DNA of 64,000 nucleotides from Vicugna vicugna (lineage: Eukaryota). The notes below the pieces were generated by a model. It saw nothing but the letters and a program-made list of their open reading frames with translations, was not told the DNA's origin and ran no database searches. Positions 25,701-36,418 of the stretch are shown here, piece by piece (positions within the stretch are counted from its first letter, which is position 1; each line of letters opens with the position of its first letter). The stretch lies in the NCBI GenBank assembly GCA_013265495.1, contig MU060503.1, forward strand, positions 79,639-143,638, read 5' to 3'. Both the position numbers and the translations under genes were made by a program.

Positions 25701-26759
25701 CCTGAATTCATTAGTGAGGCGGGGGCCCTTGAGGGTGGACTCCAGGCCTCCCCTCCCACCCACAGACGTCACTCTGTGTGCACAAAGGAGCTGCCACCCA
25801 GGCAGAGTAAGTCCGAGAACATCCACTGATGCCCAGCCACCTGGGGCATTCTTCTTGGTCATCACTGTACTGACAGGGCTGGCTGGTTCCCAGGTCTTTT
25901 GAACCAGGATATGGAGTTCCAGGCCCCCCAAAAATTTCCCAGAAAGAATAGCAGAAGCTCTGTAAGGCCAAGCTGATTTCTTTCTGAGACCTTGACCAGC
26001 CATATAGAAATCACCTCCTTCCTCCTCCAGGTGAAGAGAAGTGATTTGGGCAGGGTGGGGGGTGAGGGGGGGTTCCTGGAGAGAGAGGGGAATCCCTGAT
26101 ATGGCAAGTGGGAAGCCAGACAGTTTCAAGGCAGATGCTGGGAAAGGCTTGGTCAGCTATTCTTTGAGCCATAGCTGCAGGCACCACAAAAATTCTAAAT
26201 AAGGATGACAAAAGTTGTGAGAATCAAGCATTATCTGCCAGGGAATTTCCAAGGTTCTTCTCTGGGCTTAAAAATTACTCACACTCAAAGAACAAAGAGA
26301 CTGGAAGGAAAAGGGCCAATTAGTTGAAAGCAATTGAAACATAAAAGTAGGGAGAATTTACAGAAAGTCACGGCACGTGGCACCATGGCGAGCTGGTGGG
26401 CCGTGGAGTTTCTTCCGGGCTCTCCCAGTGTGTCTCTGAATGAGGGACCCGGCTCCTGAGCTGACCTGTGTCTCAGGCGTCTGGCCCATCTGAAGGCTGG
26501 TTGGGGGATCCTGGGAGGAACTGGACTCAATGACTCACTTTGCCGACGGGGCCCAGCTCTTCCCTGTTCCCCAGGTGCCCACGCCCTGCTGCGAATGCAA
26601 ACTGACCTTCTTCCGGAACTTAAAGCGTTAGGTCCACGATGATCTCTGTTTTGAGAATGAGGCCATTAGGGACCCAGACAACAAGGAGGCTCAGGGCACA
26701 CCAGGCCAGCAGGACTCGGTGGAGCTACTCAGCTTTCTATGGATGTTTCTGCATTGATT

Positions 26760-28740
26760 CTTAAATTATTGAAATAAATACAACTAAAAACCCTGGGCAT
26801 TGAGTATACAAACATAAGAGAACTCTGAAAAGTGGAGAGGAGAAGGCAGACATGCTGGGGACCCTGGCACCTGAGGGATGACACATCAGTGACTTGCTTG
26901 AGTTTTCTTCTTGGCCTCATGGATCCCAGACTTGGAGCAAGAGAAGCCGGCAACCCAGACACACCCATAGGCACAGGCAGAGCAAAAAGTCCCCAACGAG
27001 TGCCTGCCCTCTGTAGTCGAAGAACCAGGAAAGGGGCAGCCTCTCAAGATAGAAAACTCTTAGACAGTAACTCCTCTACTTGAGGCAAACACTCTAGAAA
27101 AACCTGGCTCCACTCCACTTATGCCGGTAAGGACCAAGTGAGGGGCCGAGAGTCCACCCTTGCCAGGCTGGGACGAGGCACCCGAACCCCTCCAGGGTGG
27201 TGTCAGGGAGGCTCCGTTGGGGGTTGAGAGTCATCATTGTGGGGTCCTGAGCACCCCTCCCTCTGTGTCAGGGAAGGCCACGTGGAGAGAGGCAGAGAGG
27301 CACCCTTCCCCTCCTCGCCAGGGAGGTGTCAGCGTGCGGAGTCAGAACCCTCACCCACGCCCAGCAGTAAAGAGCACCCACCTTGGGGCATCAAAGAAGA
27401 CCCAGTGTGGAACCTGGCTTCTACCCCCACCCCACAGTAACGAGGCTGCACGGCCCTTTCTACTACGGGACCGAGGTCACAGGACGCCAGCTAAAACAGA
27501 AGGTTTGATTAAGTCCAGAGTCTCGTAGTGTAATACCCAAGATATCCAGGTTTCAGCCAAATATCTATCATACCAGCACCCCAGAAGACCTCAACTGAAT
27601 GAAAAAAAGACTACGTGTCAACACTGAAATCACAGAAATGTTTGAATTATCTGACAAAGATCTTAAAGCAGGCAGCCCAAAAATGCTTCAAAGAGGAACT
27701 AGGAACACACTTGACACAAATGAAAAAAATAGGTCTCGGCAAAAAAATAGAAGATAAAACAAAGAACCAAGTGAAAACTTTAGAGTTAAATTAAAAACTC
27801 AGTGGATGGACTCAATGGCAGAAGGAGGAGACAAAGGGAAGAACCATCGTGCTGGAAGATAGAACAATAGAAATGATCTAGTCTGAGCAACAGCGAGAAA
27901 AGTAGACTGAAAAGAGTGAACACAGCTTCATGGACCTGGGGGACCATAACAGGAAATCTAACGTATGTGTCATCAGAGTTCAGGAGGTAGAGGGAAAAAA
28001 AGTGTGACTGAAAATGACCCCAAAAATAGTGGCTGAAAATGTCTCATGCATTGCTGGTGGGAATGTAAAATGGTACAGCCTTTCTGAAAAACAGTTTGAC
28101 AGTTTCTTTAAAAATTAAATGTGCAACGACCCTACGACCCAGCAATGGTGCTCACAGGCATTTATCCCAGAGAAATGAAAACTGTGTCCACACAAAAACC
28201 TGTAAACAAATGTTCCTGGCAGCTTTATGCACAATAACCAATAACTGGAAACAACCCAGATGTCCTTCAGCGGGTGAATGATTAAACTCGCTGATACATC
28301 CACACCTTGGACGAATACTCAGAAGCAAAAAAGAACAGCTATGGATACAGGCAACCACCGAGATAGATCTCCAGGGAATTATGCTGAGTGGAAAAAGCCA
28401 ATCCCACTGGGTTATATACTGTCTGTGTATAACATTCTTGAGATGACAAAACTGTAGCGATGGGGACTAGATTAGTTGCTGCCAGGGTCTAAGGAGTAGG
28501 TGGTGAGTGGGAGGGAAGTAAGTGTGGCTATAAAAGGGCAACAGGGGAGATCCTGGTGGTGATGGAAGTTTCTGTATCTTGACTGTATCAGTGTCAAAAC
28601 CCTAGTTGAGATCTTTAACTATAGCTTTGCAAGACGTTACCATGGAAGGAAACTGGGTAAAGGATACAAAATCTCTCTCTCTACTCTTTCTTACAACTGC
28701 ATGTGAATCTGAAATTATCCCACAATAAAAAGTTTAGAAA
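26760..28740 (+). mobile_element. L1MD-like LINE: 5' UTR plus 5' half of ORF1 fused directly to the ORF2 end and 3' UTR
   Basis: 5' UTR-like text (ggatcccagacttggagcaagagaagccggcaaccc), ORF1-like A-rich tract 27480-28040, then an ORF2 C-terminal remnant (TKTCKQMFLAALCTITNNWKQPRCPSAGE) and an L1MD-type 3' UTR ending aataaaaagtttag. Confidence 0.8.
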
Positions 28741-28744
28741 GATA

Positions 28745-29120
28745 AATTTATGTTCATTTAGAAAACACAAAAAAAAAAAAGAAAAGAAAAATCCTCATCC
28801 TATCCCCCAGGGATAGACTGTTAGCATTTTGGTGTGTATCTCTCCAGATTTTTCAATGCATATAAATACTTGCCTTAAAAAAATAGCACCGTGCTGCATG
28901 TGTAACAACACGTGCTATGGAGTGAATTTTTCTACCATGTTGGTAATTGATCCACGTTGTAAACAGTGCTGTGATGAACATCCCAGTGCCTACATCCCTG
29001 TGCTATGTTTCCTTTGGATAAATTGCCACAAGTGGAACTGCAAGGTCCAGCGGTTTACTGGTTTTAGAGGCCTTTGTAACAAATTCTCAAATTTTCCTCC
29101 AGAAACATGTTAATTTCTAC
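28745..29120 (-). mobile_element. Old L1 (L1ME-like) fragment, antisense
   Basis: ctgttagcattttggtgtgtatctctccaga...aacagtgctgtgatgaacatcc...ggataaattgccacaagtggaactgc. Confidence 0.65.
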
Positions 29121-29558
29121 TTGTAAAATACAGTGTGTTGTAAGTTGACATTTCTGTGGAGACAAAAAGAAGCCTGTACACCTGTCTCTCACTTAACAAT
29201 AACCCCTGAAAAGCCTGCCCTTTAGGAAAAGCTTTTCAATGAAAAAATTTTTATTAATTTTAGTGTGAAAATTATATATTTAACTCCAAGCCAAGATACC
29301 CCCCAATGTTCACAGATACAGAATTACCAAGTGATTGTTTACACAGCTACAAAATTATCAGGTGAACACTGAAATTGAGTTTCTGTAAGTAATAACAATT
29401 TTAGAGTAAATAAATACAGTTTGTTCATAAAAGCAGTGCAAGGAAGGTCTGTTGTACCTTTCAAAGAGTGGGATGTGGGCCTCCTGCCTTAGAAAGTGAA
29501 GTCTTCTCTCTGCAAACTTTCTTCACTGACTTTACAGCTTTTGAGAGGCTCGTGGTTA

Positions 29559-30262
29559 TATTGCCAAAACTCAGCCTTGGTACCCTGCTTACCGAACTGA
29601 GACTCGAGGACAGAGTTTTGGATGAAGTAGAAGATACAGCTTTATTTCTCTGCCAGGTAAAAGAGGTCACAGCAGGCTGATGCCTCCAAGACTGTGAACC
29701 CGCTGGGGAAAGAAGGTAGGGGGTTTATACTAAGAGTTCAAGGGGCAGCACTGGTTTCCATAGAGATCACAGACAGGGTAACAATGTGTTGCAAAGTTGT
29801 CCTTGTTTTTGTGGATGCAGCAGCCCCCTCTCTTCTACTGGGTACGATGCGCACCTCCAGCTTTGGAACTCTTTTCTAATATTCCTGTGCCTCAAGCAAA
29901 GGTGCTTAGGAAAGGGGTCTGTGGAAAAGTGCTCCAGAGAAACACCTGTGCAGTTTAAAGTCAGGCTGATAGATGCTTCTGGCATTTTAGGCAGGCTGAG
30001 GCCTAAGACCTCTTGCTGCAGTGTGTGCACAGGCTGGGACAAGAGAATACAAAGAAACCAGGAGGGGCTAAAAATAACTGCCGGCATGCACAGTTAGGGT
30101 GAGTTACCAACAAGATGCACAAAACACTCAGCTGCTGTCTCTGAGGTCTGGAGAACAAAATAAGGGGGGTGGGCAGATCAGTGGAGTTCCCTCTCCCTTT
30201 CCAGCCCAATCCTGGTCAGCAAAAGCAGGAGAAAACCCTTTGAATTATCATAGAGTTAGGCA
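29559..30262 (-). mobile_element. Solo ERV1-like LTR, 704 bp
   Basis: 4-bp TSD GTTA (29555-29558 / 30263-30266). Minus strand starts TGCCTAAC and ends GGCAATA (decayed CA). Minus-strand TATAAA at 29724-29729 and AATAAA at 29641-29646 are in U3-R-U5 order. Confidence 0.85.
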
Positions 30263-30585
30263 GTTACAAATAGCATATGTTCACAGATGACAGTACGGTT
30301 CTACTTGGTCACAGTTATCCTGTTCTCAAAATGCACTTCAAATAAAGTTATGGCAGAGGGAATGGTGAGGGTGAAACAGGGGAAGCCAGGCATGCTTCAG
30401 TGTCAGAAGCAGCCCCTGTGTCCAAGACTGAAGGGTCCTCAGAGCACCCCTCTCCACCTCCTTGCTCACCTTTAGTCTGCAAATCAAAACGTTTGGGGTT
30501 TGCCCCATGATGCACACCTCAGATTTGTTCCATGTGATACTCTGTTGTGAAAGTGTATGTCAATGACTCGGTGAGCCTGTCTGCC

Positions 30586-30742
30586 NNNNNNNNNNNNNNN
30601 NNNNNNNNNNNNNNNNNNNNNNNNNNNNNNNNNNNNNNNNNNNNNNNNNNNNNNNNNNNNNNNNNNNNNNNNNNNNNNNNNNNNNNNNNNNNNNNNNNNN
30701 NNNNNNNNNNNNNNNNNNNNNNNNNNNNNNNNNNNNNNNNNN
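30586..30742. other. Assembly gap (157 N)
   Basis: Run of N. Confidence 1.
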
Positions 30743-30952
30743 CTGTACCTGCATCCCTGTACATTCAAACGTCTCTTGTTACAAGGATACCAGTCAAATT
30801 AGATGGAGGCTCACCCTAACAGACTCATTTTAATCACCTCTTTAAAGGTCCTGTCTCCAAATGCAGTCACATTCTGAGGGACTGGGGAGCGCGGGTTGAG
30901 GCTTCAACATACAAATTTGGGGCGGGGTGGGAGGCACAATTCAGCCCGTAAC
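30743..30952 (-). mobile_element. MaLR LTR fragment (MLT1B/C-like); the rest is probably in the gap
   Basis: ctcattttaatcacctctttaaaggtcctgtctccaaatgcagtcacattctgagg...gcttcaacatacaaatttgggg...cacaattcagcccgtaac. Confidence 0.85.
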
Positions 30953-31495
30953 GATTTCTTACAGCGTATTTTGTTAGTGGGTTTGGGGGTGAAATGTCAG
31001 TGTACCTAAAAAAGGTTGTCTAACAAATGATATAACTTTTTAAGAGCTATTATGGTAAAAAGTCATTCACAGGCTACTTGGTATCAGATGCAGGTCTGTG
31101 TATGTATCTTTATTAGAACTTGCATAGAATATGTTCACAAAATGGTTATAACTGCATCAAGAAAACATAGTGGGTGTCTGGGGACAGTCAGGAGGGTTCA
31201 CTGTGCACTCTGTTGTATCATTTTAATTTTGTTCCCCAATGTATTAAAACGTATTCTAATAAGGGAATAAAATACTTATTTGAAGACAAGGATGGACTTA
31301 AATCCTCTATAACACAGGGACCTTTCTGTCATATTCTCTGCTGGTACCCCTAGCATCACAGAGCCTGGTGCACAGAAGGCCTGCAGTAAGGGTATTGAAA
31401 GAACAAATGAATGAATTCCTCTTCTAGTGTCTGGATGCAGGGACCCCGGCCGGCAGCCCCAGTGACCCTCTCCATCTTTCCCCTCTGGTTTGCAG

Positions 31496-31982
31496 ACGGC
31501 AGCAGAGACCCCCAGGAGGGAACAAACCCCAGCAGCATGGTGACCACCAGCCGGGCAGTGCCAAACACAACAGGGACCACCAGAAATCCTACCAGGGGGG
31601 CTCGGTGCCCCACCCCTCAGGGAGGGCCACTCATCACGGCTACAGCCAGAACCGGCGCTGGCACCACAGCAACATGAAGCATCCACCTGGCGACAAGGGG
31701 GAGGCAGGCGCCCACCGCAATGCTAAAGAGACCGTGGCCATGGAGAGCCCCAAACTCGAGGATGCCCTGGGGGACACCGGGCACAGCAGCCTCGAGCGCT
31801 CCTGCAGCCCTGATGCCCTGGCCCCAGCGGTTTCCGAGAGGCTGCCCCTGCTGCCGCCAGGGGTTCTGGAAGCCGAGACAAAGCGTAAAGACAGTGTTAT
31901 TCCCGAGCGCAGTGGGGAGCGGCCCAAAATTACCCTGCTCCAGTCTTCCAAAGACAGGCTGCGGCGAAGGCTGAAAGAAAAG
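31496..31982 (+). CDS. CTIF: CTIF internal coding exon (human exon 8 equivalent), 487 nt, phase 2 in / phase 0 out
   Basis: Acceptor ccctctccatctttcccctctggtttgcAG|A and donor AAG|GTACCG. Translation RQQRPPGGNKPQQHGDHQPGSAKHNRDHQKSYQGGSVPHPSGRATHHGYSQNRRWHHSNMKHPPGDKGEAGAHRNAKE...ERPKITLLQSSKDRLRRRLKEK matches mammalian CTIF as I recall it. Confidence 0.97.
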
Positions 31983-33314
31983 GTACCGGTAATTGAATTT
32001 TCCTTGTTCTCTGGCATCAGGGAGGACAGTGCGAGGTAGGTGGGCTCGGGTTTGCGGGCCTGGGGAACCCTGTGGAGGGAAGGGAAGGAATCACACGGGG
32101 ACCCAGCACACATGGTCACCACTGCTTTAGGGACCCCCAGCCACCAGAGGGCAGGCCTGTGGCCAGTTCTGCATGTGAATCCCCTCCAGTACATTCTACC
32201 CCCTAAGAGGCCCAGGTGGATGCTTGGTACCAGCCCCCAGCCTGAGAGGGGAGGGGAAGAAGAGGCGTGTGCCTCGGAGTGATGGGAGGCATGCAGGGAA
32301 AGCCTGGTTCTTCCCTCCAGCATTGTCTGGGGTCAGATACTGCCCTGTTTGTGCTAAAGGGCATCTGGGGACAACACAGAGCCTCTAAGAGTGCTTCTCC
32401 CAGAGGTGAGTACTGGCCAGGCTGCACTCCCTGCCAGGGTCCAGAGCAAAGGTGAGTTGGGCAGAGTGTGAGCAGGCTGACCTCATCTTTGCCACTAACC
32501 CCCTCCATCAACCAGCTGCTCTGCGAGGGGTCCAAGGGACAACATTTAAGGAGGCACTCACTCTCAGCATCAAACAGGGGCCGATCCTGCACTGGCATAG
32601 CCCTGAGAATGAGGGCCTCCTTAAATTTTGCTCCCTAGGAGCCTCTTATTCCTCACCCTACTCCTGGCCCTGGTCTCTAGAGCCTGGTTCACAAATTAAG
32701 GAAGAGATGCCCCAAGCCTCCGGAGAAGGGCGGGGGCTCTGTCCCTGGCAGCATTAAGTCCACCTGCTCACACTAGCGCCCTGTCCCCAGCCAGCGGTGC
32801 AGGTAAGATCACCTTGGAGAGGAACTGCTCCCAAGAAAGGCCAACTTGCCCCCAGCTTTCCTCCGTGGAGTCCTCCTTCTGGGACTTGCGCGGAGCTCAA
32901 AATTCCAGGCTTCTCTCCAGCCTCTCTCTACGGCCTTCTCTCCTCCTCCTTCCGTCCCCAAGGCCAGGCCCAGGTCCACACTCACGCAGGAGAAGGCAGG
33001 TCAGACCTCTTCCCTGATCAGTTCTTGAAGCTGACATGTTGCTCCTGGCATCCTTCAGGGCCCTGAGCCCCCACCACCATTCCCAGTGAGGCAGGCAGCT
33101 GAGAGGTCCTGGAGGAAAGCCTCATTCATTCCCTTACATCCCGAAGGTGGGAGCCTGGAAGAGGTTCCCAAGTGATGACCAGTGTGTGGTCTTTGCCTGA
33201 AATCCTTCCAGGACCGATTGCTGCAGCCCAGCCAGGGAGAGAGGATTGTTAACTAAGTTCTCTCCGGTTCTATTAAATGTAACCTCAGTGCCACTAAGGG
33301 GAAATGACACCGGC

Positions 33315-33500
33315 TTTAGAGTCTAGCAAACCAGCTCAGTCCTCACTCTGCCTTTGATTGGCTCAGTGGCCAAGCCAATCACCAACTTCTCTGAGCCCCA
33401 GTTCACCCATCTGTAAAATGGGTCTAATGCTACCCACCTTGAATATGCTAGCCACCTTGGAGACAGACTGAAGATCAAATGTCATAACCTGTGTGAAGAC
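33315..33500 (+). mobile_element. MIR SINE
   Basis: caacttctctgagccccagttcacccatctgtaaaatggg core. Confidence 0.8.
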
Positions 33501-33689
33501 CCTCAGTGGGTGGTTATACTACAAACAGACCACTATTCCTGCCCTGGGGTCCACATGGTTGGGGTGGGGCGAGCAGGAGGAGGCAGAGCAGATAAGGTCG
33601 AGCCATAGCACCTGTATTTCGGCTTCACGGACTCCCAGACCAGGAGGACATGGGCTTAGGCACTGGCAGAGCTCAGGGTAACCTCTCGA

Positions 33690-33810
33690 CTATCTAATCT
33701 AACCTCCTCATGTTACCAGGGAGGAAACTGAGGCCCAGAGAATGAAACCACTTCCCACAGCCGTCCAGCTAGAGACAGACAGCAGGTTCCGGGACTCCGG
33801 TCTGAGCCTC
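33690..33810 (-). mobile_element. MIR SINE
   Basis: gaggaaactgaggcccagagaatgaaaccacttcccacag. Confidence 0.75.
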
Positions 33811-34693
33811 CCAGCCCAGGAGCCTCTCTTTGTTGAGGACAGAAGGGCAAACATGGGCCCTCACCATATGTCCCCGCCCCTGCCCCGCCCGCCTGCTCTC
33901 ACATCCCGGCAGTTAAGTCACTCTTGCTCTTGGCCACCGATCCACTGTGTTTGAATAAATACCTTTGAGACGATCTGATACCCATTTTCTTTCTCCTCCA
34001 GCCCAGGTCTGGTCCCAATTGTAGTGAAACCTCTTAAGGGTGTCGGGTATTTTTTGTGAAATTTCCCTCCCAGACGAGCCAGTTCTCTGAGTGTCCTTGA
34101 GTGGCACACTGGAGAATTCCTTTGTGTGTTGTACTTGTTGTGAGAAGCCAGCACAATCTCCATAGGACACAATGCCCACAGGGATCCCTGTACCCCGAGA
34201 ACATGATGGTCCTTGGGCCGAGGGAGCCGAGGACCTGCAGGACAAGGCAGCCTCTCCACGGGCACCGTTAGCAACACAGCAGGGGATGCCACCCCCTTCC
34301 TGACCTCATCTTCCTACGCTTGTTTTCTCTTTGGCCCAGTGTTTTACCTGGTACTTTATCTCACCTTTTACAAGCCCCATGAAATCGCTTGTAGATTGAG
34401 ACATTTGATGGACAAATAGACAGACAAAGCCAGTGTGTATGAGAATCCTGGGTAAGAAGTGTATCTCACAAGGATCCACCCAGGATGCCCCAGGGACCAA
34501 GAAAAAGGTCAAGAGAGCCTGGAGCCTGAGGGTTCTTGGTGGAGTTCGGCATTCCTTGGGGGATCAGACCTCAGGTTCTAGAAAGTGGGGGCAGGTCCTT
34601 TCTGGGGGTGGCAGCCCTCCCTCCACTGGCCGCCCCTCCGCAGAAGCCTGGGTTCCCCTCAGGCGCCACTCGGCGTGTCTCCCATGCCCCCAG

Positions 34694-34863
34694 GATGAAG
34701 TGGCCGAGGAGTCCACCAACCCTCAGCAGAACAAGATGGACAAGTTGATTGAGATCCTGAACAGCATGCGGAACAACAGCAGCGACGTGGATGCCAAGCT
34801 CACCACCTTCATGGAGGAGGCCCAGAACTCGACCAACTCCGAGGAGATGCTGGGGGAGATCGT
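34694..34863 (+). CDS. CTIF: CTIF coding exon (human exon 9 equivalent), visible 5' part; start of the MIF4G domain; 3' part lost in an N gap
   Basis: Acceptor tctcccatgccccCAG|GAT. Translation DEVAEESTNPQQNKMDKLIEILNSMRNNSSDVDAKLTTFMEEAQNSTNSEEMLGEI(V), in phase 0 with the previous exon. If the exon is 300 nt as recalled for human, it ends near 34993, inside the gap. Confidence 0.96.
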
Positions 34864-35003
34864 NNNNNNNNNNNNNNNNNNNNNNNNNNNNNNNNNNNNN
34901 NNNNNNNNNNNNNNNNNNNNNNNNNNNNNNNNNNNNNNNNNNNNNNNNNNNNNNNNNNNNNNNNNNNNNNNNNNNNNNNNNNNNNNNNNNNNNNNNNNNN
35001 NNN
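34864..35003. other. Assembly gap (140 N) covering the 3' part of a CTIF exon and its donor
   Basis: Run of N interrupting the CTIF reading frame. Confidence 1.
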
Positions 35004-36279
35004 CCGACAGCTGCGCCGCCCGCCTGCCCGCCGCTGGGTTATTACTAGAGAGAAGGCTGCAGATCCTGACCACACTTGAACTTTTCCCGAGTTCCACCCT
35101 TGCCCGATTAATTATAGAAAATAAAAAGGCACTCAAGGGGCAAGGGCTGAGTGGCCGGATTTGTGTGTGTTTGTGTGAGTGCTCCATGGTTACAATGGAC
35201 CAATATAATTTTATAGGTGCTTCATATTTAACCAGCCTTTCCCTCTTTCTATTTCCATGATAAGAGGGCTGGCTTTTGTCTTAACCAGGCTCTGTGCTTT
35301 GGCCTCTGCGTGTCCCAGCAGACACACTCTTGCTGTGGATTTCTTGTTTCAACTCTTCCTCTTCCCCAGGACCCCCCCCCAGGCCCTGCAGGTGGTGTGT
35401 TGGTTGTAGCTGCAGGTGGTGTCGAGATGGGTCTGAGCAGAAGGCACGAGGGCTTTGAGTAGGAAAGCTTTGGTCTGTCTGCCGACGTGCTGGGGCTCCT
35501 GAAACCACTCTTAGGGCCAAGGGGAAGCATGGAGATCGAAGACCATCTTGTTCCTTGGTGCCTTTGCACTCAGAATCCTTCCACCCGCAGAGAGCTTAAT
35601 TCCGTCCCTCCTCGTTCCTCCCTTCGCGGGTGCCGGCGTCCAGCGATGGTTTTACTGGGGTATGTCATGGGCATGGACGTGGACGTGGGCACTTTGGCCA
35701 AGCCCAGCTCTGTTTGACATCACAGGTGGGGAGCTGGGGGCCAGTACCTGCTCTTCTGTCATGGGTGGTAGCATGTGGACTGGTGGTCCCAGAACTGGTT
35801 GGCGTCAGGGAGAGGTAGCAGGTGCACAGCGTGGCAGTCATGCCAGGCCCTGGGACTATCCTTGGAGACTCTTGGCTGGGGAAAAGTCATCTGTACCTTA
35901 AACTAGTTGAGATATGAATTGAGTTCCAGCCCAGTTAAGGTAAATTAGTAGCTTGAAAGTTCTGGAAGTAGAATGACTGATCCGGGAGAGATCACCTGCT
36001 AGTCTGTCTTAACGAGGGTGATCATACAGTAGGTCATGAACCACGACACTTCTGAGAGTCAGAGGGCCTCTGTTCATAGTCAGGCCTAGACCCTGGTGTG
36101 AACCAGGGTATATGGTCACTCTGGTCTTAGCCACCGGGTTCAAAGTCTGCTGTCTCTTCCCTGAGACCAGGGAGGGAGGAGCCCCCTCCGCAGGCTGCCC
36201 ATGGGCTCCATCCCCACCGTCCTCTCCTCTTCCCAGGGAGACCGCTCACTGCAACCTGATCCTTGCTGGCCAGCCCGGG

Positions 36280-36418
36280 NNNNNNNNNNNNNNNNNNNNN
36301 NNNNNNNNNNNNNNNNNNNNNNNNNNNNNNNNNNNNNNNNNNNNNNNNNNNNNNNNNNNNNNNNNNNNNNNNNNNNNNNNNNNNNNNNNNNNNNNNNNNN
36401 NNNNNNNNNNNNNNNNNN
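36280..36418. other. Assembly gap (139 N)
   Basis: Run of N. Confidence 1.

Noticed and set aside
29450-30285. Wider LTR boundaries at tgttgtacc...gttcaca
   Set aside because: No TSD; the 29559-30262 boundaries give a GTTA duplication
31640-32323. 227-aa antisense ORF
   Set aside because: Shadow of the GC-rich CTIF exon on the opposite strand
34433-35260. 275-aa ORF
   Set aside because: Chimera of intron, the real CTIF exon, N gap and intron
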